A stretch of DNA of 64,000 bases from Octopus sinensis (taxonomy: Eukaryota): assembly GCF_006345805.1 (NCBI RefSeq), contig NC_042998.1, positions 129,766,001-129,830,000 of the forward strand, in the 5' to 3' direction. The notes under the pieces are model-generated. The model was not told the DNA's origin. It made no database searches and saw nothing but the letters and a program-made list of their open reading frames with translations. The position numbers and the translations under genes are program-made. Positions 39,983 to 56,520 of this stretch are shown piece after piece. Numbering within the stretch: position 1 is the stretch's first letter; every line of letters begins with the position of its first letter.

Positions 39983-40453
39983 TATACGAAGCCTAGTATA
40001 CCCATCATGACTACCCATCTGATAAGGGTACACTAGGCACAGGCATCACAACCATATGTGCGCGACATGGTGATCTCATATCAGGATAAACAGCGCATGA
40101 CCATACAGGTGGGGCCCAGTTAGAATTTTCTTCTGGTCGAGTAGTCCATCCCGCTCAAAAGGGCCCTGAATAAGGGCTGCTTAAGGATGTTGATCGAATC
40201 GACCATGTTTCCAAAGGTGAATTATCCAAACCTCTAAGAATTCCTATCAACACACGGCTATGATGCTCCCCCACTAAGGGACATGATCAACTGATTAAGG
40301 TCAAGCAAGTGACAAGCAAATCTGTGGTATTGAGCAGAATATTTGCTCTAGCACACCTTTTATACCAAGTCAAAACAATACACATGATAACACTTCCAAT
40401 CAGTTAAGGATCAGCAGCCGTGAGAGCCACTGTCTGGTACTGCATCAAGGCAT
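39979..40453 (-). mobile_element. TAA-flanked ~560-bp element, diverged copy with internal deletion and missing 3' end
   Basis: Aligns to 40498-41055; lacks 41 bp between CCACTA direct repeats. Confidence 0.85.
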
Positions 40454-40497
40454 CAATTATTATTATTATTATTAATATTATTATTATTATTATTATT

Positions 40498-42575
<2,078 letters not shown>

Positions 42576-42579
42576 ATTG

Positions 42580-42611
<32 letters not shown>

Positions 42612-42689
42612 CATTATTATTGTTGTTGTTGTTGTTATTGTTGTTATTGTTATTCTTCTCCTTCTTCTACTTGTTGTTGTTGTTGTTTA

Positions 42690-43060
42690 TTGTCTTTGCA
42701 CAGCTTCTAACGCTAGAGATGTACTAAGGTGCCAGTTGTTCACTACCAGTGAACTAAGGTAACACCCCTTATTTTTCGACCACCATCCGGAATATTCGAG
42801 CGGTTCAACCAGTGCTATTTTCTGCAAGTGCTCCGCCCCCATGAGTTCCATGTATTTCTCAACATTCTTACTCACTGTTCCCAGGGCTCCAACAATTATT
42901 GATACTACTACCACCTTTTTCAGCGACCACAACTGCTTAACCTACCAAACTAACCTGTCGTACCTATCGACTTTTCTTTTTCCTTATCGCATACCTTGTT
43001 GTCAGCTGGACATGCTATATCTATGATCCTGAATGATGATACATCTAGTATAGAATGATG
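42690..43060 (-). mobile_element. R4/Dong-like LINE, short 3' fragment
   Basis: IDIACPADNKV..QLWSLKKVVVVSIIVGALGTVSKN..EHLQKIAL. Confidence 0.8.
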
Positions 43061-43184
43061 GTATATCTGCATAAATTTACCTGGGATTATACTAAAGGAC
43101 CTATATCCTCACAGATGTACGGACCATCCTCCATACCCTTTGGAAGAATATGAGCTGTGAACTTTATTTTTCTGTCTGTATTCT

Positions 43185-43221
<37 letters not shown>

Positions 43222-43329
43222 TTTTTCCGCTTCCCCTTTTTTTCCCCCTTTTCTTCTTTTTTCATTTCTCTTTTCTTTTGTTCCTTTCCCTTTCTTTTTT
43301 TTTCTTTTATTCTTTTTATTTTTTATTCT

Positions 43330-43487
43330 ATTTTTTTCTTTTTTTCTTTTTTTGTTCTTTTCTTCCCTTTTACGATCCCTCTTGATCGAAAACCTACGCC
43401 ACCCCCTTTTTTTCATCCCCCAAAAGAAAAGCTCTACCTTGTAACTTGTCCCATCTGTGTGCAGCCCTGTGTGGCCAATAAAGAAAC

Positions 43488-43488
<1 letters not shown>
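43330..43488 (+). mobile_element. LINE 3' terminus (probably Tx1/L1-like), 5'-truncated, in (TATC)n
   Basis: Ends CAGCCCTGTGTGGCCAATAAAGAAAC followed by (TATC)n; similar to the SINE A tail. Clade assignment is inference. Confidence 0.55.
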
Positions 43489-43519
<31 letters not shown>

Positions 43520-43903
43520 TGTTTTACTTTTTATTCTTTTGTCTACAATTTTATTCCTTTGTAAACTGTAAATTCTCTGTCTAGCACTTTCATGCATACT
43601 AACCTTGTCTATAATGACAGAATACCTAGTGTATGGAGATGCTACCCTATCACTTGGGATATCGCAGAAACACCTTAAAGACATCAAGTAATTAATTAAT
43701 TACTTCAAATTCACCTTCCTCTAATTAAATATTTTAAATGCCTTAGATTTTTGTTGTCGTTTTTCTTCTAATATATACCTGCCTACTACAGATCCCTAGC
43801 TGCAGCCACATCTGTGAACCTGGAACCTAAAATATGAGCAATTATAGTACTTACAAAGCTTACCGATTTCTTTAGATTACCAGTGAATTAAAACCCTCAC
43901 ATT

Positions 43904-43948
<45 letters not shown>

Positions 43949-43954
43949 ATATAT

Positions 43955-44360
43955 TAGAAATTAAAAAAGGAAAATACGCACACTTACACAGTTTTAATAT
44001 AATTTTTAATATGTCGACCGGTTTCGCTATCGCTATTCACGATATTATGTTTTAGTTATTTGAATATATATTTTTTCTTAAGAAGAAATTTTGTCCATGT
44101 TGTGTGTGATGAAATTCACGAGTGAATGACTTCACAAATAAATAAATAAAGGGAGATAATTGGTTGTCCATATAATTGTTATTGTTGTGGATAAGGGAGA
44201 TAACCTTTCAGTTTTCGGTAATGAACCAACTTTTATCTTTTTATATAATTCAATTCACGATTTCATCACTGTACATAAATCCCCTCACTAAACAAGGCTT
44301 TTGAAACTTGTCTCTGTATGTACACATATATTCCCCTCCCATTACCGAAAGCTGAACATG
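43955..44360. mobile_element. Second copy of the 9500-9910 repeat, split into two oppositely oriented parts
   Basis: 43955-44220 is the reverse complement of about 9620-9900; 44222-44360 is direct to about 9500-9645. Confidence 0.7.
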
Positions 44361-45218
44361 TATATATATATATACATATATACATATATATATATAGATA
44401 CATACATACATATATCTGATCATAATCATCATCATAAAATGCGTTACAATTAAAATATGTCACTCGAGCCTTTTGTTGACATATGAAATCATTGCAACTG
44501 CATTCATCACCTTCAAATGCACTTTCATTCACGGACACGTTTATTTAACAGATATGTTCCCCATTGCTACGTTCGTTCCATATCATTCTTTATTATAATA
44601 TAGATATGAGCTGTTTATATATAAAAATACGGCGGCAAATATAAATAGGCATTAACACGTAGGCATACACATGAACACACACACGAGCACACACACACAA
44701 ACACATGCACTTATATTGATATACACATAGCAAGGGTAATAAAAGCCTACATCGAGTATCTTGTAAAAAGGGTGGAGTCTGTTTCAATGTGAATTTATTC
44801 TACCAAATCATTCCCTCTCATTTAGACATTTAAACGTTAGCAGCAAAACAATTCAAGCATCTCTCGGTTTAAAGGCATTGCTTCCCAACAGCGATAGAAT
44901 TAATCTGCTGCTACTCACAACGCCCATAATTTATCAAACTGCCAACAGCTATTTGTTGTAATAATTGTAACTAGAGTCCAGCTTAAGCAGCTAGCTTCTC
45001 CATTATCAAGTTGTACGTCCCATAGAAAAACACTTGGTTGGAAGCTGCATGAGAAAATGTATGTGATAGAAAACTCCAATTGTTCGTCCTTATATTTACT
45101 GTCTGACTAGTTTGGAATAGTAAAGGGTGAACAATCTGAAGATTTGACAATAATAAATTGCACTTCATTTTGATTGTTGGCTTCAAGGGTGTAAAATATA
45201 TATATATATATATTTATT

Positions 45219-45460
45219 GTGACCCCCTTCGGTTATCAATGACCATGGGATTGCACCTAGAATGTTACCCTCCGAGGCACAAGTCCGGGCAAGGTTGTTT
45301 ATGGAAGACCAGCAGTCGGCCATGCATACCAGCCTTCCCTCTCCACGCCACTAATGTTATCCAAGGGAAAGGCAAAGGCCGATACAGCTTGGCACCAGTG
45401 ACGTCGCAGCTCATTTATTTACGTGCAAGTGGCCGAGCATTTCACAGACACGTGTACCCT
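45219..45460 (-). mobile_element. SINE family D, 3' part
   Basis: GACCATGGGATTGCACCTAG..CCGAGGCACAAGTCCGGGCAAGG. Confidence 0.85.
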
Positions 45461-45462
45461 TA

Positions 45463-45721
45463 ACAGGGAGATCCAGCGTGCCACAGAATGTGACAGAGCT
45501 GGCCCTTTGAAATACAGGTACAACAGAAATGGAAAGAAACAGTGAGAGAAATTTGTGATGAAAGAATACAGCAGGGTTCACCACCACTCCCTGCCGGAGC
45601 CTCGTGGAGCTTTAGGTGTTTTTGCTCAATAAACACTAACAATGCCCGGTCTGGGAAATCGAAACCGCAATCCTAACACCGCGAGTGCGCTTCCCTAACC
45701 ACTGGACCATTGCGCCTCCAC
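45463..45721 (-). mobile_element. SINE family C
   Basis: Head TGGAGGCGCAATGGTCCAGTGGTTAG on the minus strand. Confidence 0.85.
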
Positions 45722-45849
45722 ACACACACACACCTCGCTTTTTCTACAATACTTATAATTGATTTATTAACTACAATTTTCTTCAAATTTGTTGTGTATG
45801 TTCTTTAATGTATGAGGATTGATTCTATTTTGTTACTTTTTTTTTCAGA

Positions 45850-46616
45850 TCGATTATTGTGTCTGAAATTTAGAAGTCCTGCGAACCAGCTCTGATCTCT
45901 TTAAAATTATTCTCTGGAGTGATGAAACAGTATTCCACATCGGTGGGTTTGTGAACCGTCACTACTGCCACTACTGGGTAGGAGAAGATCTTCGTATTAC
46001 CTCTGAAAATGCATAATCAGCCCAAGGTAACGGCATTGGGTGGAATGACTTCGGACAGGACTGTGGGTCCTTTCATCCTTTCCAATACCAATGAATGCTG
46101 AAAAGTACCTCACTATCCTGCAAGTTGAAACTTGACCAGTTATCAGTACATGGGAGAATATTGAAGATTTGATTTTTATGCAAGATGGCGCTTCACCACA
46201 TTTTGCTATTCTTGTTCGTGAATGGCTGAATGCCCAATTACTTGGAAGATGGATGGGTCGTCGAAGTTCACATGATTGGCCGACCAGAATCCCTGATTTA
46301 ATACCCTGCGACTTTTTTTTATTAAGGGTTGGACAAAGGAGCAAACTACTCTAGCAAACCAACGACTTTGAGAGAATTTGAAGGACAAATACGAGAAGTT
46401 ATGTCTTTTATCCCACAAGAGTTCCTGGTGATATCAGTTGATGCAGTTACCGGGTAGCTTGAGAAGCTGATGGGCGAATATAGCTGATGACTATATCGAA
46501 CTTTAAATAAAACTCAATGCTGTACGCTTTCTTCACATATTCATTTTTTCCAAAAATTATAGTTTATGAATAAATTATGAGTATTTTAAAATACGAGTTA
46601 CTTTCGATCTCCCTAT
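45850..46616 (+). mobile_element. Tc1/mariner DD41D (rosa/Visitor-type) transposase remnant
   Basis: WSDETVFHIGGFVN..FMQDGASPHF..GRWMGRR..WPTRIPDLIPCDFF; 41 residues between the D of QDG and the D of PCD. Confidence 0.85.
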
Positions 46617-46664
46617 ATATATATACTATATGTATGTGTATATATATATATATATATATGTATG

Positions 46665-46698
<34 letters not shown>

Positions 46699-46733
46699 AT
46701 ATATTATATATATATATATATATATACTATATG

Positions 46734-46788
<55 letters not shown>

Positions 46789-48448
46789 AGAAATAACAAT
46801 AAAATTTATATAACATTTCTAAAATACTTGTGAATGATTATAATAAAAATACTGAGTAATGGATTCAATTAAGAACATACGATGTGCCAAGAGAATATAG
46901 CATATAGATGCACACAATCACACAGACATTCACTCTAAGACATTCACCTACCCCATCTATACACATATAGAATAGATATAGTGTTAGATAACTTATATAT
47001 TATTGTAATATTCTTCAAAGAATTCACAGAAGTTTTGGTAATTGGAAATTCTATTTCAACGAATGCTGCACACCGTTCTTGTTGTTTTGCTTTATATTTT
47101 CACTCCTGAATTAACGAAGTAAAGGAAATAATTAAAAAATAAATAAATAACAAGTCAATCCTACGAACTTCCAATGAAAAATCAATAATTCAGAGTAGAC
47201 GTCAGAAACAATAGAAAGAGGAATTATAAAGTATTTGATATGCTCTTTACTTGATTGGAATTTTTCGATTTGGAGCTCACAATTCCCTTTTCATTGCTCT
47301 CTTATATTTCACCGACTCTGCATATATAACACTCTCTATGAGCTGTTCATGGTGTTTGTGTGTGTGCCTATGCACGAGTGTCTGTAGGCGTGTATTTGTG
47401 TGTGAGAGAGAAAATGAATTTGAGATAGAGAGGAGACACAGACAATATGGCTGCTTGTCTTGTTTTTTGTTTTGCCTTGTTGTTCGTTTTTCATGAAACT
47501 GTATTTCCAAGTGTTCATCCATTACATAACGTTTTCTTAATGTTAAACATAAACGAATATTGGATGTAATATTTATATCGAGGAACGGATGTCAGAGGAA
47601 GATATCGGCAAGTATAAGGAGAGAAAGTGACACACAAATAAACTAGATGTAACTGAAAATAGATAGATTTGTCAAATAATGGGAGAGAAAGAGAGACAGA
47701 GAGAGAAGAAAAGAGAGAAAGAAAAAAGAGAAACAGATAGACAAAATTAGAGAAAGAGAGAAAGAACGAGTGAGGGAGAGGGGGAGTGAGTGAGAGAGAG
47801 CAAGCCTGATACTGGACGGGAAACATCGAGAAGTAGAAAAAGAGAAGTGTAATCATGAGACGAAGCGGGTAAAGAAAAAATGGTGACGTAAACACATATA
47901 CCTGCTCGTACGCACGCAAACACACACAGGTTCACGTACAAACACATAGTTTTGTCTGCTTATGGATGGTCACGGATTCTTATACAATAGCATTTTATCT
48001 GTCATTTGTGTATGCTTTGATAACCGAATATCGCAATGTACATATACAATTCTGCATGTACGCCTAGTTTTGTCGCTTTTCCGAATAGTTCTCATATCTT
48101 GAAGCTACCCTTAGCATTAGACTGCCAAAGTGAGAGGCGGTTAACTATGCTTTCTAGCCTTGAAGGGCTAATGTTCTCCTTTTCATAGGGAGCTTTAGCT
48201 TATCTTTGAATAACTTCATTCATATTTCAGCGAAGGTTTGACCATAATGTATTTGGCCGTGGGTAATCCTAAAGCGTATTTGTACTACATGGTGTCCGAA
48301 CAAGTTCAATCGATATCTGGTTAGTTAGGAATTAATGTTAATGCAGGTGCTAGTCACAAGGGGGATTTTTATGCGGGTAGTTTTACATCAACAGGTGACG
48401 GAATGAGTCTAAAAACAAAAATTTGGATCCATCTCAATCTATAGTCTA

Positions 48449-48828
48449 CTAGCAGTATCGCCCGGCGTTGCTCGGGTTTGTAAGGGAAATAACTATAAAG
48501 CATTTTTAGAGAGTTATAGCCAAAATATAGCAAAAAAATGGGAAAAAAATTATGGTAAATTTTTTTGAGAGTTAAAAAGGTCGAGTTGCGTCCCCTAGAC
48601 AGTCTGTGGTTTGTGTTTATGATTCTCGACCCATGTCGATTTATCGATTTTTTTCAGAACTGGGGGAACTTTTCAAAATTTTCGCTGCGTTGTTTTGAAT
48701 TATGACATTGGGCTATGTGTGTGTCAAGTTTCATCAGAATCGGTTGAAAGCCGTGGTCAGGGTGAGGGTACAACCTGACAGACACACAGACACACAGACA
48801 TACAAACTACCGTTTATATAGAGAGAGA
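48449..48828 (-). mobile_element. Complete non-autonomous Helitron (380 bp)
   Basis: Minus strand A|TCTCTCTCTATATAAAC..CCCGAGCAACGCCGGGCGATACTGCTAG|T. Confidence 0.85.
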
Positions 48829-48906
48829 TATGCAGCCCTTGTCACACACTCACAACACATACATACCTCACACACAGTCATACACATACATCATACGCAC
48901 ACGTAC

Positions 48907-48938
<32 letters not shown>

Positions 48939-51900
48939 GGACAAACAAACAGACATACAAACAGAGAAAGAGAGAGAGAGAGAGAGAGTATAGAGCGAGT
49001 GATTGGGAGAGGTATATTATTTGACAAAGCATGAAACAAAAGAATGACTGGGTAGCTGACAAGGAGAGCATGAGAAACAGAGAGGTAGAGTGTGACAGGG
49101 CAAGAAAGGAAGAGGTGGAGAAATATTTTCAAACAAAATGGAAGATAAGAGGATACGGAAACACACACACGAAGCGAAATGATAAGGTGCTGTAGAGAGT
49201 TAATAGAAAGAGGGAACGAAAAAGAGCTCTGATTCTATACAGGTTGAAAGACATGGATAGAAGAGAAGCAGAAACTGAAAAGTGAAGGAAAAAATGGCTA
49301 GAGAACAGGTTGTAATCCGTGGACATAGAAAAGCCGATAAATATTGCGAAACTAAGAGTAAGGTTACCAGGAGTAGTTTTCGAAAAATGGGCGGAGAAAG
49401 AATACTGGGAGACAGCTCTGAGTAGTGTGTATAGAAACAGAGCGAAATGGAGGAAAAAAGAGTGTAACGTGGATTGTAAAAGAGAAAGCGGTAATGTGGA
49501 TTAATGAGATATGATTTCAAGGAACAAAAATAAGGAGAAAGAAATGCTGTGAGTCATAAAAGAGAGTGAGAGATGGAATGATAGTTAGAGAGAGAAAATG
49601 ATGTTGAATTTACAGAGATAAAGGAGCGCGAGAAAGAGAAGACAAAAATATGCAAGCAAAGATGATTATTGAAGCAAAGCGAGTTGGAAGGAGAGTAACA
49701 TAATAGTTAGACAGAAAAAAAGCAACAAAAGTGAGACTGGGAATGAAGCTGATAAAGAGAAAGTGTGATATTATGGAAGCTGAAGACAGAAGCTTGCCAA
49801 AAGAGAGAAAACAGAAAAGTGAAAATATATATATTATCTTTTAGCAAGTGTAAAATTAAGAAAGAAATTAGATTTGCACCCAAAATCACAGTTTCGTGTA
49901 TCCAAGAATCCTCTTTAATAAAGTAATTAAAAAGAAAACTAACAAAACAAATATAAAGAAAACATCGATATATAAAAAATATAAAGAAACCAGTTAAGAA
50001 ATCAGTCTGGTTATAATTGAATTTTCAATATCGATTTCTTTGAAGTTAAAACAGACTATTTTTATTCGTAGTGTGCTGCATAGGGTTTATAAATACGGTG
50101 TCTGTATATTCATGGCACCCAATATATCGACCCAGGAAGAGTAAAGACCATCACCATGTGATTTCCAATTAGAACGTAGAGAGATGGAAATGAATGCTTA
50201 AATGATTTAGTCCGCTTAACTCCAGTCACTTAAACCAAATGAACTGGAAATGCAAATTAATGGAAAAGGTAAATATTGTTCATATTAATGATGTTGATTT
50301 ATTTTCGCTCGAAAATGAACGGCTCAGTGGAAGTTGAATTAAAGCTGTGTACCTCAGTGAAAGAAGTATTTAATAATGATTCCGAATTTAGGCGCAGGGC
50401 CAGCAATTTTTGAGAGGAGTGGGTAAGTGTTGTATCCACCAACTGTTGGACTGTTATAACGCCCATTTCTGTTACAGTACACAGTAAAACCAGTAAAGAC
50501 ACGACTATCTCTGACCGCCTTCTACGTACCCTTGAACTTCACGTAATTCTCTTAACTTACAGTGACTAGGTTTTTCCATTTGTCATGTGGGAGGGGTGTA
50601 CCATTATTACTAATTCCCCACAACAATACGTAAAGTGCCTCAAACTATTTTATCGAACCCAATATGATGAAAGACAAGGTCGATTTTGGCGGAATTTGAA
50701 CTCAGAACGTAAGGACAGATGAAATGCCGCTGAGCATTTTGTCCAGCGTGTTAACAATTTGGCAAGCTCGCCACCTTTCTCTGTAATACTTATTAAGAGC
50801 CTTTCTATGACAAAAACTGCAGAAGATTTAAAGTCCCAATAAACCGAGATCGAGACGGCATTTCGTTTGTCTTTACATTCCAAGTCCAAATTTTGAAGTG
50901 GTTGACTTTACTTTTAACCTTCCCGGAGTCGACAAAATAAGTATCCCACCAAAATCCTTGGCCTTGTGCCAAAGTTTGAAACAAATTTATATTGTAATGA
51001 CCTATTACTATATCGTTCAGGTTTCGTCAAGCAAAATCTAAGGCTGATAATACTGAGCAAAAATTTATAATGCTGGTTGTGATTTCATTGCGACCATTGT
51101 TTGTAAAAGAAGCAATATTCGGTGTCATTATTTGCTTTGTAAAACTCCGTCATAAGCTGACAGACATTAGTTTCTTAAAACAGGACCAACATAAATATAT
51201 TAATGCTCTACTGTTGCTGCCAAATTACATCCTTACATGAAAGCAATGTGAGAAATCTTCCTGGAAAGATGTAAGATATACGGTTTAATAGATACCAATA
51301 TTTTTCCAGTGCCAATTTTGTCGACCTTGTTCGAAAGCCAAAATGATACTGGAAGGATATGTTTTTAATTTAGAATCAGATTTGGAAACGAAAACGTTCT
51401 GTAATTGGGTCTAGGACCGACATCTTGTGACTACGGATAGAAGCTACGTATATAAAGAGTGAGTGACGCTTATCATCGCACTACACATTCGCCGGAACAA
51501 GATCTGGAACTGGCGATGTCAATAGGCTAAACGTGAAAGGCGATTTAACTAAAACACTGAAAGTTTTGAAAAGAAAATGTAATAATTCCTCAGCGCTTCT
51601 TTTTGCCCTAAGGCAAATAAAAGCACTAGGGGTCCAGCCAGGACGAATATATATATATAAGATTACATTAAACAATATATCTTTCTTTTTTTTTTTTCAA
51701 AGTGTATTAGGCTTGGTTTGAGATTAATATGGCTGCTACATTCAATGTATCAGTGGCTACGTGGTAGGTCCTTCATTTAGGCTATATATTTGGAGAAATT
51801 TAAGTTAATATTAAATTTAACAGAATATGTAAATGCACTAATAAGATATTTCTTATATTTCTAGTAACTGACCAAGTAGAATATTAAGTGACGTAATACT

Positions 51901-52784
51901 GTGGATGCTTAAAAATTTGAATCTTCAAATTTCGCGCAAGTATGAGTAACTTCAAATAAGTAAAAAAATATAGAGAGCGAACGAGAAAGAGAATACCAGA
52001 GATAATTACACACAGACACACACAGATGATTCGTAGGGTTGCTGCCTTGACTTGTGCCGTATTTTGAGGAACAAAGTGAGATAAATGGTGAAACGTAACT
52101 TAGAATTTAATGCACAAAGAGTTCCACACAACTCTTTCCCAAGCCGCAAAGTATGATTGCTTCAGTAATATCTGTTTGGTGCGACAAAAGTTTAAATGAA
52201 GAAATGAGAAATCACTGAGAATACAAAAAACAACAAAAAAACTAAACATATTGACATACTTAATCAGCACCCAAACATACCCAGTAACGTACACAAATTT
52301 ACATGTATATAAATAACAGACACACATACTTGACTTCAAACGTTTATGGAATTGCGCACACGCGTACATAAACCCCAGCCCACTCTCTCTCCCTCAGCAC
52401 ACCCAAATGCACATATATATGAGATCGGTGAATATTTCAATAAAACTAGATGTTAGATTATAAAAGAAATCTAAGTTGTGTAATTAAAAAGTTCAATCAG
52501 TACGAAAAACTCCTAATTATGTAAAATTTTCCGGTCACTCCAGTTTCTTTTCCCAATTAGATTTTTATCACTGCTATCTCATTTAAACTTACTTCATATA
52601 AAATTAAATACCCTCATCAGGTAACTAACATAAATATATACACATGTATATACTCGCACGCATGTATGTAGATGTACAGATACACACATACGTACACACG
52701 CTCACTTACACACACACACACAGGTGTGCGTGCGTGAGTACAGATATGTATATATGCATGGGAACTTGTATATGCATATGTCTG

Positions 52785-52955
<171 letters not shown>

Positions 52956-53055
52956 CAAAAGAAAGAGATATAGCACCTTTCCACATATGCAAAAACAGCC
53001 ATACCAAGAATCCAACTTACCTCCATCGTCAGCTGCCTCACGAATATCATTATGG

Positions 53056-53091
<36 letters not shown>

Positions 53092-53674
53092 TGTATGTAT
53101 GTATGCATTTATATATATATGTATACAAACACACATGACGCACTCACACGCGCATATATATTTTGAAAGAATGTGAATGAGATTGCATAACGGTTCACTA
53201 AATATTACAATTACAGGTAAATCAATCTATATCCAAATTCCAGTTAAGTATTGACACAATATGTCCTACTTTTCCTTTTTGTATACACATTTGAATAATT
53301 TATTGAGTGCTTATCAGAGGGTAGAGTAAAACGGGAGGTTTAGTTATGATAGCAATGAATTAATCTTTAAACACGTTTCACTAGCGAATACTTGTATACT
53401 TTGCGGTAATCGTTACGTAGACGAATCATAATCACATTGAAACACCAGTTCTTCAGAAGACAATAGTTATTTCATTGTTATTTATTATTATCTGGTGATT
53501 CAACGTGATTATGCCACCATTTACGTAACTCTTTCCGTACAACATGCCAGTATTCAATAGAGAAACCCGTGTAAAAATTGCGTTATTTATGATGCTGTAA
53601 CAAAATAAACTAAACCTCCTATTTTATTCTGGTGTCGGATATATGTATGTACACACATACACACACACACACAC

Positions 53675-53751
<77 letters not shown>

Positions 53752-53755
53752 GTAA

Positions 53756-54080
53756 AAGGTACTGACCCACTTCAGTCATGAATGACCATAGGATTGCACC
53801 TAGAAAGTTACCTTCAGAGGCATATACCCAGGAAAGGTTGTTTATAGAAGACCAGCAGTCACCCATGCATACCAATCTCCCCTCTCCACGCCACCGATGA
53901 TATTCAAAGGATAGGCAAAGTCTGATGCAGCTTGGCACCAGTAATGTCGCAAATCATTTCTCTACCTGAGTGAACTGTATGAACATGAAACAAAATGTCT
54001 TTCTCAAGAATACAACACACAGCCCCATCCGGGAATCGAACTCACTAACCCCATAGTTATGAGCTCGATAGTCTAACCAC
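53756..54080 (-). mobile_element. SINE family D, diverged
   Basis: ATGAATGACCATAGGATTGCACCTAG..GGGAATCGAACTCAC. Confidence 0.8.
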
Positions 54081-55270
54081 ACCAGTTAACGACGTAGCAC
54101 ACTGAAGCAACTCGCGCAATTTTAAATGTGAGTAGGAAGAGAGGACAATTGAGCTCTGTGGTTTGTGAATGTTTCACCATAGCATTCTATTGATAATTTA
54201 TAGTATATAATTGCAGCGACGTTCCCGGGGCGAATATGAAATTAGTCTTTTCTGAAGGACTTTCGATCCAGATCCCTTGAATAATTTTCCAATAACCCCT
54301 TACTTGGCACCGCTAACAGGATGCGGAAAGTATTCCTCTACCAGGATAACCTCTGCGGGTCTGATATGGACACCGATTGGCGAAACCATCCTGCACATGC
54401 TCGTACGATGCTTGAGCATTTATGACTTATGTATTTATATCGGATCTTGCTTTCATGTCTCGGCGGGATCTAGCTATAAGCGGACCCCACCGTAAAGATC
54501 GCCGTGCCGCCTTCTTTTCGCTGGGAAGGACATGCAGCTTTTCTCTGAGTTGCGATTTATTGTCGTGAGGTAGGTGAGACTGAAAGACAGGTAGTTAGCT
54601 TTTGGGGTTTGCCCGCATCAAATTTTCAAAGTTCCAATTGAATAGGAAGGTAAGATCTGAGAAATAGATGCTACCCCCACCCAAGTAAATTAATAAAAAT
54701 GGCGGGTGACTGTAACCTGTATAGCGTGATTGAATGCCTTTGAAGGCTCCAAAGTTCGGCGCATAGAAGGCCATTTTCCACAGTACCCCCGACCATCCAT
54801 CAGTGTGGCCAATGGAAGAAGTAATTCTTCTTCTTCTTAGTAGTAGTAGTATCAGTAATAGGTAGAGGAGGAGGAGGGAAGATCGCTGGTTTAGGAAAAG
54901 TATTACAGCACTGGATATACTGTTTTCTCGTATTTAATTTTCGCTCTCTACGTTCAGAATCTCACCGATCAAAGTCGACTTTAACTTTACTCACTGTCAA
55001 TGTACTCAGCTACACACTTTTCCTAAAACATACAAGAATTGGGCTTAAACTGGAAGCTATCATCATCATCATCATCATCAACTTCATCATCGTGGTCATC
55101 CTGATTCTGATAATCATCATCATCGCGATCATCATCCAATTGTTCCAAGCTGCAAATTGCAACAAACTCCTTGCAGCAATTAAAAAAATCAAAATCGGTT
55201 AGTGCTTACACCAGACAAACTGTGGGGTTTCGTTGCTGCTGGCACTTAGGTTGAACAGCCAATGTACCTC

Positions 55271-55396
55271 AAGGTTTTGGTCGACCCGCGGCTATAGCAG
55301 AAGACACTTGCCCAAGGTGCCACGCAATGAGACTGAACCCGGAACCGTGTGGTTGGTAATCAAGCTACTTAACACACATTCACTCCTGCGCCTATA
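55271..55396 (-). mobile_element. SINE family B, 5' part
   Basis: Reverse complement of TAGGCGCAGGAGTG..CCTTGGGCAAGTGTCTTC. Confidence 0.85.
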
Positions 55397-55397
55397 A

Positions 55398-55449
<52 letters not shown>

Positions 55450-56370
55450 TAAAAAATGCTGTAGAGACACTGTTGGAACACACGAAGAAGGGCGGCGTCA
55501 TCAACATTGAAAATTGCGTAACTAAAGAAAAATTTAAGCAAGAAAAGAACAAAAAATACAGAAAAAAGAAAAAGCATGGAAGGAAAAGAAAATGTACGGT
55601 CAGTTTGCAAGAGATGTGAACGCGACGACAGATACAGAGTACTGGTGGCCATGGATGAGGAGAAGGGATCTGAAAATAGAGCACTCATATATGCAGCTTA
55701 GGTACAAGCGCTAAGGATCAGGTATATAAAGTGCAGAATAGACAACACTACCGATAGCGACAAATGTAGTGAAGGGGGTGAAACGCTATGGCACATCATT
55801 AGCAAATACCCGAAATTAGCTCAACGTGAATACGAAAGGCCATGATAATGTGGCAAGAATGATACATTGGAAACCACGGCCTACAGAGAGCAAAGCCGTG
55901 GTATTAGTAAACTCCAGAAGGAGTCACCGAAAATGAGGATTGCAAAATCCTGTGGGATGCAATGATCCAGTGCAATCACCTGACCAGACATCGGAGACCG
56001 GACATTGTTGTGGTGAATAAAAAAGAAAGAACATGTATGGTTATCGACATAGCATGCTGCGGTGGCAAAAGGATCAATGTGAGAGAAGAAGAAAAAATAA
56101 ACAACTACGACGATTTAATGTATGAAATACAAAGGTTGTGCTCAATGAAGAGAGTAGACGTGATACCAATAGTAACTGGTGCACTTGGAAGTATCAGTAT
56201 TCAATTACCAACATGGCTGAAATGAGAAAGATCGGTGCAAATGTGGCGGTAGAACACCTACAAAAGTCAGCATTGCTTGGAAGTGCAAGAATTCTTCGCA
56301 GGGTTCTTGAAGCACGACCAGTAAACAAGTGCCACCTTAGTCTGTTGGCTGTGGACAACTGACACTTTCC
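55450..56370 (+). mobile_element. R4/Dong-like LINE, 5'-truncated, following (TAA)n
   Basis: KKKHGRKRKCTVSLQ region, KILWDAMIQCNHLTRHRRPDIVVVNKKERTCMVIDIAC, VIPIVTGALGS, LQKSALLGSARILRRVLEA. Confidence 0.88.
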
Positions 56371-56480
56371 ATCATATTATTAATAATAAAAATGACAAGA
56401 AGAAGAAGGAGAAGAAGAAGAAGAAAAAGAAGAAAAATAAGAAGAATAAGAAGAAGAAGAAGAAGAAGAAGAAGAAAAAG

Positions 56481-56520
<40 letters not shown>

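Noticed and set aside
54290-54800. GC-richer island that might be a decayed LINE endonuclease
   Set aside because: No diagnostic motif recoverable by eye; it needs a translated profile search.
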